Shown: positions 1 to 8,169 of the stretch, in pieces
Layout: the number at the start of each line of letters is the position of its first letter
Position numbering within the stretch: position 1 is the stretch's first letter
Assembly (NCBI GenBank): GCA_963663275.1
Contig: OY760183.1
Location: 2,688,001-2,752,000 of the forward strand
From: Chloroflexota bacterium
Lineage (GTDB): Bacteria > Chloroflexota > UBA11872 > VXOZ01
Direction of reading: 5' to 3'
Length of the DNA: 64,000 nucleotides
Made by a program: the position numbers and the translations under genes
Notes under the pieces: model-generated
Seen by the model: only the letters and a program-made list of their open reading frames with translations
Told to the model about the DNA's origin: nothing
The model's database searches: none

Positions 1-780
1 CACGCTCAGCGGCTCGGAGAGGTCTTGGTCGCGCATCCGGCTCTCCATGTAGCGCAAAACGGCGGTCTTCACACCGCTGAAGCTGAATTCGTACGTGCCT
101 TGCATCCACGCGCGCGGCAGTTCCACCATGTTGCGCCTCCCCCGCAGGCCGTAGCGCGACAACTGCTCCGCGGCGATCTGCACGGCCGGCCCGCCCGGGT
201 ACGGCAGGCCGAGAATGCGGCCTACTTTATCGAAAGCCTCACCGGCGGCGTCATCGCGCGTGGCGCCCACCAGGGCGTAATCCCCGTGCCCGCGCATGAG
301 CACGAGTTCCGTGTGTCCGCCGGAGACCACCAGGGCCAGCAGGGGAAAGCGCAACTCATCCGCGTTCTCGTCCCGGCGCGCCCGCCGCGAACGGGAAAGC
401 CACGCCGCGTAGACGTGACCCTCCAGATGGTTGACGCCGATCAGCGGGATGCTCAGCGCGAAGGCCAGGGCTTTGGCGAAGTTGAGGCCGACTAGCAGCG
501 CGCCGGCCAGGCCGGGGCCGTACGTAACCGCAATGCCGTCCAGGTCTTCCCACGCCACGTCCGCCTCGATCAGGGCCTCGTTGACAACCGGCATGATGGT
601 TGCCAGGTGCTGGCGGGAAGCAAGTTCCGGCACTACGCCGCCGTACTTCTGATGAATCTCGACCTGCGAGGCGACGATGTTGGCATGGACGTAGCGGCCG
701 TCCTCCACGACCGCCGCCGCCGTTTCGTCGCACGACGTTTCAATCGCGAGCAGTGTCTTCGACGAATTCGCAGTCGTCAA
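1..780 (-). CDS. tsaD: tRNA t6A37 threonylcarbamoyltransferase TsaD (5' part; runs off window start)
   Basis: Not in the ORF track. Manual translation from TTG at 780 (SD GGAGG just upstream) gives [15 protein letters not shown]...[13 protein letters not shown]...[11 protein letters not shown]...VNHLEGH. Lies downstream of tsaE-tsaB-rimI. Confidence 0.95.
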   Translation of the reverse strand, partial: MTTANSSKTLLAIETSCDETAAAVVEDGRYVHANIVASQVEIHQKYGGVVPELASRQHLATIMPVVNEALIEADVAWEDLDGIAVTYGPGLAGALLVGLNFAKALAFALSIPLIGVNHLEGHVYAAWLSRSRRARRDENADELRFPLLALVVSGGHTELVLMRGHGDYALVGATRDDAAGEAFDKVGRILGLPYPGGPAVQIAAEQLSRYGLRGRRNMVELPRAWMQGTYEFSFSGVKTAVLRYMESRMRDQDLSEPLSV

Positions 781-1498
781 GAAACCCTCCTGTCTCCGGA
801 TAGGCCGTCGTCCACGTATGCTTCTGGCGGAGCCGGGCTACCCGCTCCTGGAACATGCCTTGGAATTGGGCCACGTTCACGTCGTCGCTCCACATGACCA
901 AGGCGTCTTCATAGTTGTCGCTGTAGTAGCGGGGCCGGATGCCGGTGGAGCGAAATGAGTACTTGCGATACAGCGACCGAGCCAGGCCATTTGAGACGCG
1001 CACCTCCAGCGTGACCCAGCGCGCCGCCAGGCCGATCGCCACGTCGATCAGAGCGGTGAGCATGAGTTCGCCAACGTTGCGGCCGCGCACGTCCGGCCGG
1101 GACGCGATCGTCGTAATGTGGGCTTCATCCACCATGAGCCACAGCCCGCCGTAGGCCACCAGCGTAGGCCGCCCATAGCGCCATGGCCGCTCGCCTTCCT
1201 TTTCGGCGGACGGGAAGAGCGAAAACGGGAAGGGCTTGACCCGCGCGCGCGGCGCCGGGTCCGCGCCTTCTTCCCGCGCGGCGTCCGCTACCGCGTCGAG
1301 ATCGCGAATTACCAGGTAGCGCGCCAGCTTGTTTTCTTTGATCTCGCGGCGATAGGCGTTGCGCGGCCAGGGCAAGGTAAACGAGGCTTCTTCGATCTCG
1401 CGAACCTCGGCCACGTCCTCCAATTGCATCGGCTCGATCCGCAGCCTCATGGCGTGAGGCCGGGGACGTTCTGCGGCCATGACTTCCGTTTGTGCCAT
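740..1498 (-). CDS. rimI: Ribosomal-protein S18 alanine N-acetyltransferase (GNAT) with internal insertion
   Basis: [34 protein letters not shown] and [15 protein letters not shown] motifs; located between tsaB and tsaD. Confidence 0.92.
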   Translation of the reverse strand: MAQTEVMAAERPRPHAMRLRIEPMQLEDVAEVREIEEASFTLPWPRNAYRREIKENKLARYLVIRDLDAVADAAREEGADPAPRARVKPFPFSLFPSAEKEGERPWRYGRPTLVAYGGLWLMVDEAHITTIASRPDVRGRNVGELMLTALIDVAIGLAARWVTLEVRVSNGLARSLYRKYSFRSTGIRPRYYSDNYEDALVMWSDDVNVAQFQGMFQERVARLRQKHTWTTAYPETGGFLDDCEFVEDTARD

Positions 1499-1520
1499 TA
1501 TTCCACCCGGCGGTTCGCCA

Positions 1521-2333
1521 TCAGCTTGGAATCTGCGGCGGCTGGTCGTCGCTCAACGGATTGATGCGGTGGTGCGGCACCTGGGCCGCCGGCCGCCGCA
1601 AGTAGTCGGGTTCGGCGGTGAGCGGGTCTACCGTCCAGCCCTTGGCGAGATGCTCCGCGCCCAGCGCCGCCACCGACCCGGCGCGCCGCACGCTGGCGAG
1701 GCCGGTGGGAAAGACCGCCAGTTTCTTCTCAACCCGCGCTTCGATTTCTTCCCTATGCTCCGGCGAAATTTCGCCGCAGATGGTCGTTCTCTTCACGATT
1801 TTGGCACAAATCTCCGGTATGCCCACAATCGCGTAGTCTTCCAGGCGGCGCGACTTCCCCGCAACGGACCGGTACCAACCCACGTAGAGTTCGCCGCGTC
1901 CGGCCTCCAGCACGGCGCACACGTGCGCGTTGCCCGACTGCAAGTGCGGGTGGGCGATGGCGTCCAAGGTTGGCACGGTAACCAGCGGCACGCCCATGGT
2001 CAGGCAAAATCCCTTGGCCGTCGCCATGCCTACGCGCAGCCCGGAGAACGACCCCGGCCCCGACACCACGGCCACGGCGCTGAACGGGATGCGGCTCTGG
2101 GCGGCCGCGGCGTACCCTTCGCGCGGCGTTGCCGCCGCCTCGCCGGACGCCGGGGCGGAGGGCTGGGGCGCGGCGCCGCCCGCGGCGACCATCGTCCACA
2201 GTTGCTGGATAGTCTCCATGAGTTGCTCGGTGGCGTGGAAACCCGCAACCCAATTAACCTCCCCGACGATGCGGTCGTTCGCGTAGAATGCCACACCGAG
2301 TTGCCGTGTAGACGTATCAATCGCCAGGAGCAT
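1521..2333 (-). CDS. tsaB: tRNA threonylcarbamoyladenosine biosynthesis protein TsaB
   Basis: MLLAIDTST start, GPGSFSGLRVGMATAKG motif, C-terminal EPDYLR. Confidence 0.94.
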   Translation of the reverse strand: MLLAIDTSTRQLGVAFYANDRIVGEVNWVAGFHATEQLMETIQQLWTMVAAGGAAPQPSAPASGEAAATPREGYAAAAQSRIPFSAVAVVSGPGSFSGLRVGMATAKGFCLTMGVPLVTVPTLDAIAHPHLQSGNAHVCAVLEAGRGELYVGWYRSVAGKSRRLEDYAIVGIPEICAKIVKRTTICGEISPEHREEIEARVEKKLAVFPTGLASVRRAGSVAALGAEHLAKGWTVDPLTAEPDYLRRPAAQVPHHRINPLSDDQPPQIPS

Positions 2334-2357
2334 TGTTAAGTTACGTACCTCGTCGTG

Positions 2358-2858
2358 CTAGAAGCCGAACGCGTGCCGGCGGTACTCTTGGAGAATCTGC
2401 CGAAAGCGCTCGCCTTCCGACTCGAAGTGTAGCGTCCGCTTCGTGTCCGTCATGATTTCAATGCTGATCAGCATCCACGCTTCGGGCAGAAAGTCCCGCA
2501 CCTTGCGCGCCCACTCGATGACGCAGACGCCGTCTCCCTCCAGATACTCCTCCAAACCGAGGTTCCAGAGCGAGTCGCTGGAGGTAATGCGGTAGAGGTC
2601 CACGTGATAGAACGGTATTTTGCCGGAACGGTATTCCTTGATAAGGGTATAGGAAGGGCTGGTAACCTGCTCCTCTATCTCCAGGCCCAGGGCCATGCCC
2701 TGGGCGAACACCGTCTTGCCGGCGCCCATCGTGCCTTCGAGCAGGACCACGCTGCCTGGCATGACCAGCGTGCCCAGACGCAAACCTAAGCGCTGCGTCT
2801 GAGCCTCGCTGTGGCTGATGCAGTCGAGCTTCTGTTCCACGTCTCTGCTGGACGACAC
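2358..2858 (-). CDS. tsaE: tRNA threonylcarbamoyladenosine biosynthesis ATPase TsaE
   Basis: Walker A GTMGAGKT, VTSPSYTL, YHVDLYR and VIEW motifs. Confidence 0.95.
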   Translation of the reverse strand: MSSSRDVEQKLDCISHSEAQTQRLGLRLGTLVMPGSVVLLEGTMGAGKTVFAQGMALGLEIEEQVTSPSYTLIKEYRSGKIPFYHVDLYRITSSDSLWNLGLEEYLEGDGVCVIEWARKVRDFLPEAWMLISIEIMTDTKRTLHFESEGERFRQILQEYRRHAFGF

Positions 2859-2870
2859 TAACGCATCCTC

Positions 2871-3905
2871 TCATTCGCCGGACACCGGGCGGGCGGCCGC
2901 GGCGTCGAAATGGTCGAACCCCTCGCGCGGCAGCGGCGCCGCGTTGCCGCGCTCATCCCGCGCGGTCAGAGTTCCGGCCCGGCCCGCTACAATTCTACCG
3001 ATAACCGTACTTTTCGCCAGACCTCCGCTCTCCAGGGCGTCCCGCGCCCGCTGCATGACCCCCGGCGGCGCCGTGAACAGCAATTCGAAGTCTTCGCCCC
3101 CGGCGGTAGCGCGCCTTTGGCACGCCTCGCCCAGAACCGCCGGCAGCGCCGGGTCGGTGGGAACGGCCGCAAGCGCGATTTCCGCGGCCACGCCGCTGGC
3201 CGCGCAGAGTTTCCGCAGATCCGCGGCCAAGCCGTCGCTGACGTCCATGCCGCACCGCACTCCGGCGTCAACCAGCGCCCGGCCTTCGCGCAGGCGCGGC
3301 GCCGGCCGCCGTTGCGCCGCCATGAAGCGCGCCGCGTACGGTTCCGGCGCGGTCCCACCCCGCTCCAGCAGCGCAAGACCCGCCGCCGCGCTGCCCAATA
3401 CGCCCGTAACCGCTATTTCATCCCCGACGCGCGCCGACGCGCGGCGGAGCGTCCGCTCGTTGCTTTCCACCTCTCCGATTACCGTCACGTTTACCATCAC
3501 CTGTGCGCTCGCCGAAAGGTCGCCGCCGATGATGGGCGTCCGCGCCTCCCGCGCCAAAGCGGACATGCCTCGGTAGAACGCCGCCACGTCTTCCGCCGCG
3601 CAACCGGCCGGCAGACACAGCGTAACCAGCGCCGCCCGCGGCACGCCGCCCATCGCGGCGACGTCGCTCAGACTCACGGCCAGGGCCTTCCAGCCGATGT
3701 CCTCCCAGCCGAACGTGCGCAGCCGAAAGTCTACGTCTTCCACCAGAGCGTCGGTGGTGGCAACCAGCCGGCCGCCCGGCGTCGCTGGCGCGGCGGGCCA
3801 CAGCGCCGCATCGTCTTGAAAGTCCAACGCCGCGTCCGGCGCGGTGTAGACGCTCCGCGCGATGCGGTCGATGAGGCCGAACTCACCAACGTCTGCGAGC
3901 TTTAC
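2871..3905 (-). CDS. thiL: Thiamine-monophosphate kinase (start uncertain: GTA at 3905 behind an SD, or TTG at 3971)
   Basis: KLADVGEFGLI, DDAA, SLSDVAAMGG, IIGGD, DVSDGLAADL, GGEDFELLFT and GFDHF motifs. Confidence 0.93.
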   Translation of the reverse strand, partial: VKLADVGEFGLIDRIARSVYTAPDAALDFQDDAALWPAAPATPGGRLVATTDALVEDVDFRLRTFGWEDIGWKALAVSLSDVAAMGGVPRAALVTLCLPAGCAAEDVAAFYRGMSALAREARTPIIGGDLSASAQVMVNVTVIGEVESNERTLRRASARVGDEIAVTGVLGSAAAGLALLERGGTAPEPYAARFMAAQRRPAPRLREGRALVDAGVRCGMDVSDGLAADLRKLCAASGVAAEIALAAVPTDPALPAVLGEACQRRATAGGEDFELLFTAPPGVMQRARDALESGGLAKSTVIGRIVAGRAGTLTARDERGNAAPLPREGFDHFDAAAARPVSGE

Positions 3906-3952
3906 GGCCCTGCTCCCTCCACGTGCACAAGTGACCGCGTTCAGAATAACAG

Positions 3953-4126
3953 GGGAATCGTACGCGGGCAAATGGCTCGCGCGCGACTCACCTACAACAG
4001 GAGAGGCAGCGGAACCGGACTAAACCGCTTGGCCGGACGCGCATCCCTTAACAGCGTGTCTCCTGTATTGCTACGTCTAACTCCATTTAGTTCGTGTAAC
4101 TCAACGCAGTACGTGACGTTCATTCC
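3953..4126 (+). ncRNA. Candidate structured ncRNA with 6S-RNA-like rod shape
   Basis: Outer stem 3961-3975 pairs with 4083-4098 (three G-U pairs, valid on + strand). Central unpaired bubble, then a perfect inner stem ACAGGAGA 3997-4004 / TCTCCTGT 4059-4066. Intergenic, no credible ORF. Confidence 0.4.
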
Positions 4127-4138
4127 TAGAGAGTAACC

Positions 4139-4207
4139 GTCACTCCGAGCGGAGCGAGGAATCTGGAGTGCGGGACTTCCTAGATTCCTCGCTCCGCTCG
4201 GAATGAC
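4139..4207. repeat. REP-like palindromic doublet, family A (GTCA(C/T)TCCGAGCGGAGCGAGGAATCT...AGATTCCTCGCTCCGCTCGGAATGAC)
   Basis: Near-perfect 26-bp inverted repeat; related copies near 22962-23071 and 39986-40093. Confidence 0.9.
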
Positions 4208-4331
4208 AGACCCTCACGCTCTATGACAGACCCTCACCCTCTATGACAGACCCTCACCCTCTATGACAGACCCGCACGCTCAATGGCAAACCCCCACGCT
4301 CTATGACAGACCCTCACGCTCTATGGCAGAC
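4203..4331. repeat. Tandem direct repeat, 20-bp unit ATGACAGACCCTCACGCTCT, 6 copies plus a partial
   Basis: Units start at 4203, 4223, 4243, 4263, 4283 and 4303, with a partial unit at 4323; no spacers. Confidence 0.95.
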
Positions 4332-4351
4332 TCAAGCGCTCGCCGCCCGGA

Positions 4352-4380
4352 TTCACCGCCTTGCCACCCTATGCTACCAT
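4352..4380 (+). promoter_or_regulatory. Putative sigma70 promoter for the M42 peptidase
   Basis: TTCACC-N17-TACCAT with extended -10 TG. Confidence 0.45.
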
Positions 4381-4469
4381 GCTCACAGCTTTGCTTTGAA
4401 CGTCGAAATCCGAATAGTCATCCCAAATCCGACCATCCTGAATAGCACAACAAAGAAGGGAAACCGCCG

Positions 4470-5579
4470 ATGCCGCCTTCTTCGCAGCAGACGGAGTCAT
4501 TGAAGAACCGCTTGCGGGCAGACCTGACCGAACTGGCCGCGTTGCACGGCCCCTCGGGACGGGAACGGGCGGTGATTGCCGCCTTAGCCGAGCGCGTCCG
4601 CCCGCTTGCCCAATCGCTGCGGGTGGACCGCATGGGCAATCTGCTGGTAGACTACGGCGGCCCGCCGGACGCGCCGCTCGTGCTCTTGGACGCGCACGCC
4701 GATGAAATCGGCTGCCTGGTGCGCAGCATCGAGCCGGACGGCTTTCTGCGCCTCTACAAGGTGGGCGGCATCCTGGACAGCCTGCTCGTCGGGCGCAAAG
4801 TTTCCGTGAACGGGCTGCGCGGTGTGATCGGCGTCAAAGCCGGACACTTGCAGTCACCGGAGGAGCAGCGCGCGGTGGTTTCGGTGCGCGACCTCTACGT
4901 GGACCTGGGGCTATCCTCCGCGGCGGCAGTGCGGGAGGCCGGCATCGCCGTGGGCGATCCGGTTACGTACGTGAGCGAGGTGGAGCCGCTGGCGCAGCCG
5001 GACCGCCTCTGCGGCAAGGCGATCGACAACCGCGTGGGCTGCGCCGTGCTCCTGGAGGCCCTGCGGCGCTTGACAGAGTCTCCGCCGCCGGTGCGGCTGG
5101 CGGCGCAGTTTACCGTGCAAGAAGAGACCGGACTGCACGGCGCGGGCCCGGCGGCGTTCAATTTCGCGCCTCACCTGGCCATCGCCGTCGACACCGTGCC
5201 CTGCGGCGATACGCCGGAGATGAAGTTCCATAGCGAACTACCCGTCGCTCTCGGTCGCGGGCCGGTGCTGCAAACGGCGAGCGGCAGTTCCTACGGCGGC
5301 ATGATTACGCCCGCGTCCGTGCTGGGGTTCGCCGTCCGCGTCGCCGACGAGCGCGGCATTCCCCACCAGGAGGCAATCCTGGAAGGCGGCAGCACCAACG
5401 CCACGGCCATCCACTACTCGCGCAGCGGCATTCCGGCGATTGCCGTCACCATCCCGCGCCGCTACTCGCATTCTCCCATCGAAGTGGTTGATCTCAACGA
5501 CGCGGCGGCTACGCTGCAACTGGTGGTGGCCATGACTCAACAGGCGGGCGAGGAGAGTTTCGCGTTCCTGGAGGAGTGA
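4470..5579 (+). CDS. M42 family metallopeptidase (aminopeptidase/endoglucanase-like)
   Basis: GPSGRE, DRMGN, AHADEIG, KAIDNRVG, VQEETGLHGA and RYSHSPIEV motifs. Confidence 0.92.
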   Translation: MPPSSQQTESLKNRLRADLTELAALHGPSGRERAVIAALAERVRPLAQSLRVDRMGNLLVDYGGPPDAPLVLLDAHADEIGCLVRSIEPDGFLRLYKVGGILDSLLVGRKVSVNGLRGVIGVKAGHLQSPEEQRAVVSVRDLYVDLGLSSAAAVREAGIAVGDPVTYVSEVEPLAQPDRLCGKAIDNRVGCAVLLEALRRLTESPPPVRLAAQFTVQEETGLHGAGPAAFNFAPHLAIAVDTVPCGDTPEMKFHSELPVALGRGPVLQTASGSSYGGMITPASVLGFAVRVADERGIPHQEAILEGGSTNATAIHYSRSGIPAIAVTIPRRYSHSPIEVVDLNDAAATLQLVVAMTQQAGEESFAFLEE

Positions 5580-5598
5580 CCCTAGCGGGAAACTGCGT

Positions 5599-6399
5599 TC
5601 AGACGCCGCGCCAGTAATGATTGACCGGGCTGTGGCCCGCTCCAATCGCATAGGAATGCCGCAGCGCGCCGGTGAGGTATTCTTTCGCTTCGCGCACCGC
5701 GTCGGGCAGCGCCAGGCCCCGCGCCAGCAAGGCGGCAATGGCCGAGGACAGCGTGCAGCCGGTGCCGTGGTCGTTCCGGGTGGCAATCCGTTCTTGCTCG
5801 AACGTGTGGAAATCGGCGCCGTCGTAGAGCACGTCGCGGGCGGTGCCGGCGGCGTGGCCGCCCTTGATGAGCGCCGCGCCGCAGCCGAAGCCGACAATGT
5901 CGCGCGCCGCCTGGCGCATCCCGCTCTGCCCTTGCACCCGCCGGCCGAGCAGGCGCTCGACTTCCGGCAGATTCGGCGTGACGACCGCAGCCAGCGGGAA
6001 GAGAATCTCCCGGTACGCCGCTACCGCCGTATCGTCAACCAACGGGTCGCCGCTCTTCGCCGCCAACACCGGGTCCACCACCAGCGCCCGCGCCGCGCCC
6101 TCACGCACGGAATCTGCGTACGTGACGCTGTTGGCGACCGCCTCGATGATCTCGGCGTTAGCCAGCATACCGGTCTTGATCGCGTCCGCCCCGATGTCCG
6201 TCAGCACTGAGTCAACCTGGGCCGCCACCAGGCGGGGCGGCAAGGCCATCCAGTCCTGGACGCCGCGCGTGTTCTGCGCCGTAATCGCCGTGACGACAGT
6301 GCTGCCGTAGACGCCAAGCGCGCTGAACGTCTTGAGGTCCGCTTGCAGTCCCGCCCCGGCCCCGGAATCCGATCCGGCAATCGTCAAGACTCGTGTCAC
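5599..6399 (-). CDS. thiD: Hydroxymethylpyrimidine/phosphomethylpyrimidine kinase
   Basis: VLTIAGSDSGAGAGLQADLKT, KTGML, VVDPV, TPNLPE, KGGH, HGTGCTLSSA and GHSPVNH motifs. GTG start at 6399 follows GGGGAG. Confidence 0.95.
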   Translation of the reverse strand: MTRVLTIAGSDSGAGAGLQADLKTFSALGVYGSTVVTAITAQNTRGVQDWMALPPRLVAAQVDSVLTDIGADAIKTGMLANAEIIEAVANSVTYADSVREGAARALVVDPVLAAKSGDPLVDDTAVAAYREILFPLAAVVTPNLPEVERLLGRRVQGQSGMRQAARDIVGFGCGAALIKGGHAAGTARDVLYDGADFHTFEQERIATRNDHGTGCTLSSAIAALLARGLALPDAVREAKEYLTGALRHSYAIGAGHSPVNHYWRGV

Positions 6400-6472
6400 T
6401 GCTGGTCTCCCCGCGTCATAGCGCAATCCTGCGCACCATACCGGACAACCCGCGCCCCCACCGCCAACGCGC

Positions 6473-6799
6473 TTACTCCGCTTCCTCGCGGAACTTCTCG
6501 ATGCGCGACAATTGGCACGTCAGCCACACGTCCTTGGGCATACTCGGCTGGCCGTAAGCCGTAATCACGGTCTCGCCGGAATCCTCCAGCCGATCGAGGA
6601 GACCGGCGTACTGCGACTCCAGATACGGCAGCGTGAGTTTCGCCCTGGGCAGAGTGGAAAGCCGCGCCTGCAAGAGCACGATATTCGACTCTACCACGTC
6701 AAACGGCTCATAGACCCGGCCAAACGCCAGCGAAGGATCGTTGATCAACCGCTGCGTTGTCCGCCGGGCGTGTGTGTCAGGCACGTCGTTCTCTCTCAT
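6473..6799 (-). CDS. Hypothetical protein (108 aa)
   Basis: Fills the gap between thiD and the dnaN promoter; normal globular composition; no recognised family. Confidence 0.65.
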   Translation of the reverse strand: MRENDVPDTHARRTTQRLINDPSLAFGRVYEPFDVVESNIVLLQARLSTLPRAKLTLPYLESQYAGLLDRLEDSGETVITAYGQPSMPKDVWLTCQLSRIEKFREEAE

Positions 6800-6871
6800 T
6801 CACCGTCTCTTCACGCGGCCCCCTGCGCGCGCAACGAGCGCGGTCGCGCAGGCGCCATACCCTCCCATTCG

Positions 6872-6900
6872 TTGACAGAGGGTTGCGCTCAGTATACTAT
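6872..6900 (+). promoter_or_regulatory. Near-consensus sigma70 promoter upstream of dnaN
   Basis: TTGACA (6872-6877)-N17-TACTAT (6895-6900). Confidence 0.7.
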
Positions 6901-6991
6901 GGGTTTCACCTGCCGCCAATGTTCGCTTGGCGGTAGCTTACGGATTAATTGAACACACTTACTCTCTCAACTCTGTGTCGGAGCGCGCATC

Positions 6992-8167
6992 GTGGAAGTT
7001 TCGTGCTTGCAGGAGAATCTCGCCAGAGGTCTTGCCATCGTCGGCCGGGCCGTCGCTACCCGCAGCCCGTTGCCGGTGCTCAGCAACGTACTGCTTTCCA
7101 CCGACCAGGGGCGCTTGAAACTCTCCGCCATGAATCAGGAGATTGGCATCGTCCACTGGATCGGCTGCAAGGTTGAAGCCGAAGGTGAAGTCACGGTGCT
7201 GGCGCGGCTGCTGAGTGAGTTCGTCGGCTCTCTGCCCAACGAGCGCGTAGACCTGCGCCTGGACGCCGAGGAACTGACGCTTCACCTCAACTGCGGACGC
7301 TACCAGGCCAACGTCAAGGGCATCGCGGCGGAAGAGTTTCCGCCAATCCCGCTGGGCGAAGGCGAGCCGACCCTGGTGATCGACGCCGCCATCCTCAGCG
7401 AGAGCATCGAGCAGGTGGCGCTGGCGGCCGCCAGCGACGATCCGCGCCAGTACCTCCAGGGCGTGGCCGTAATCATGGAGCCGGATAAGGTGGTGCTGGT
7501 GGCCTCCGACGGCTTTCGCATGGCGGTGCGCACCCTCGCGGTAGAGACCGGCGTGGACGAAAAGACGGAATTCATCGTGCCGGCGCGCAGCCTGACCGAA
7601 CTCTCGCGCATCCTGGCCGATACCGAGCATCCGGTTGAAATCCGCCTGACGCAAAACCGCAACCAGGTCATCTTCAGCGCGGGCGACGTCCACCTGGTTT
7701 CGCGCCTCATCGAAGGCACGTTCCCCAACTACACGCAGATGATCCCGCCAGAGTCCCAAACGCAGATCAGAGTCCCCACGGCGGAATTGTTGCAATCCAC
7801 GCGCATGGCCTCGTTCTTTGCCCGCGACGGCGCAAACGTGATAAAGTTCGACGTTTCGCCCGCCGGCGAGCAGCCGGCTGAGGCGGACGGCGAGGCGGAC
7901 GGCAAAGCTGACGGCGCCGGCGGCAACCTCAACATCTCGGCCACGGCCACGGAACTGGGCGATTACCGTTCCGACCTGGAAGCCCAGATCGAGGGCGACG
8001 AGACCCTCATCGCCTTCAACGCCACTTACTTGATGGGCTGCATCGCCGCCATCAACTCCGAGGAAATCAAGATCGAACTCTCCGGTTCAACCAGCCCCGG
8101 CGTGATTCGCCCCACCGACGATACCGACTACGTCCACGTGATCATGCCGATGCATACGGTACGCTAG
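6992..8167 (+). CDS. dnaN: DNA polymerase III beta sliding clamp
   Basis: VGRAVATRSPLPVLSNVLL, VASDGFRMA, SRLIEGTFPNY, IAFNATYL and HVIMPM motifs. Confidence 0.97.
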   Translation: MEVSCLQENLARGLAIVGRAVATRSPLPVLSNVLLSTDQGRLKLSAMNQEIGIVHWIGCKVEAEGEVTVLARLLSEFVGSLPNERVDLRLDAEELTLHLNCGRYQANVKGIAAEEFPPIPLGEGEPTLVIDAAILSESIEQVALAAASDDPRQYLQGVAVIMEPDKVVLVASDGFRMAVRTLAVETGVDEKTEFIVPARSLTELSRILADTEHPVEIRLTQNRNQVIFSAGDVHLVSRLIEGTFPNYTQMIPPESQTQIRVPTAELLQSTRMASFFARDGANVIKFDVSPAGEQPAEADGEADGKADGAGGNLNISATATELGDYRSDLEAQIEGDETLIAFNATYLMGCIAAINSEEIKIELSGSTSPGVIRPTDDTDYVHVIMPMHTVR

Positions 8168-8169
8168 GT

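Noticed and set aside
3950-4130. tRNA (including tRNA-Sec), TPP riboswitch, SRP RNA or small ribosomal protein gene
   Set aside because: No TTCGA T-loop or cloverleaf, no CTGAGA/TGAT TPP core, no SRP GGAA-loop motif, and the 43-codon minus-strand ORF resembles nothing I recognise.
2910-4136. Long antisense and alternative-frame ORFs (also 12751-14004, 44799-46211, 57343-58986 and many others)
   Set aside because: Shadow ORFs typical of high-GC DNA, overlapping well-supported genes and lacking motifs.
4203-4331. CRISPR array or plasmid iterons
   Set aside because: Head-to-tail repeats without spacers; no cas or rep gene and no AT-rich unwinding region.
6800-6991. oriC next to dnaN, or a LexA box
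   Set aside because: No cluster of TTATCCACA-type DnaA boxes and no dnaA; GAACACACTTAC is only a partial match to GAAC-N4-GTTC.
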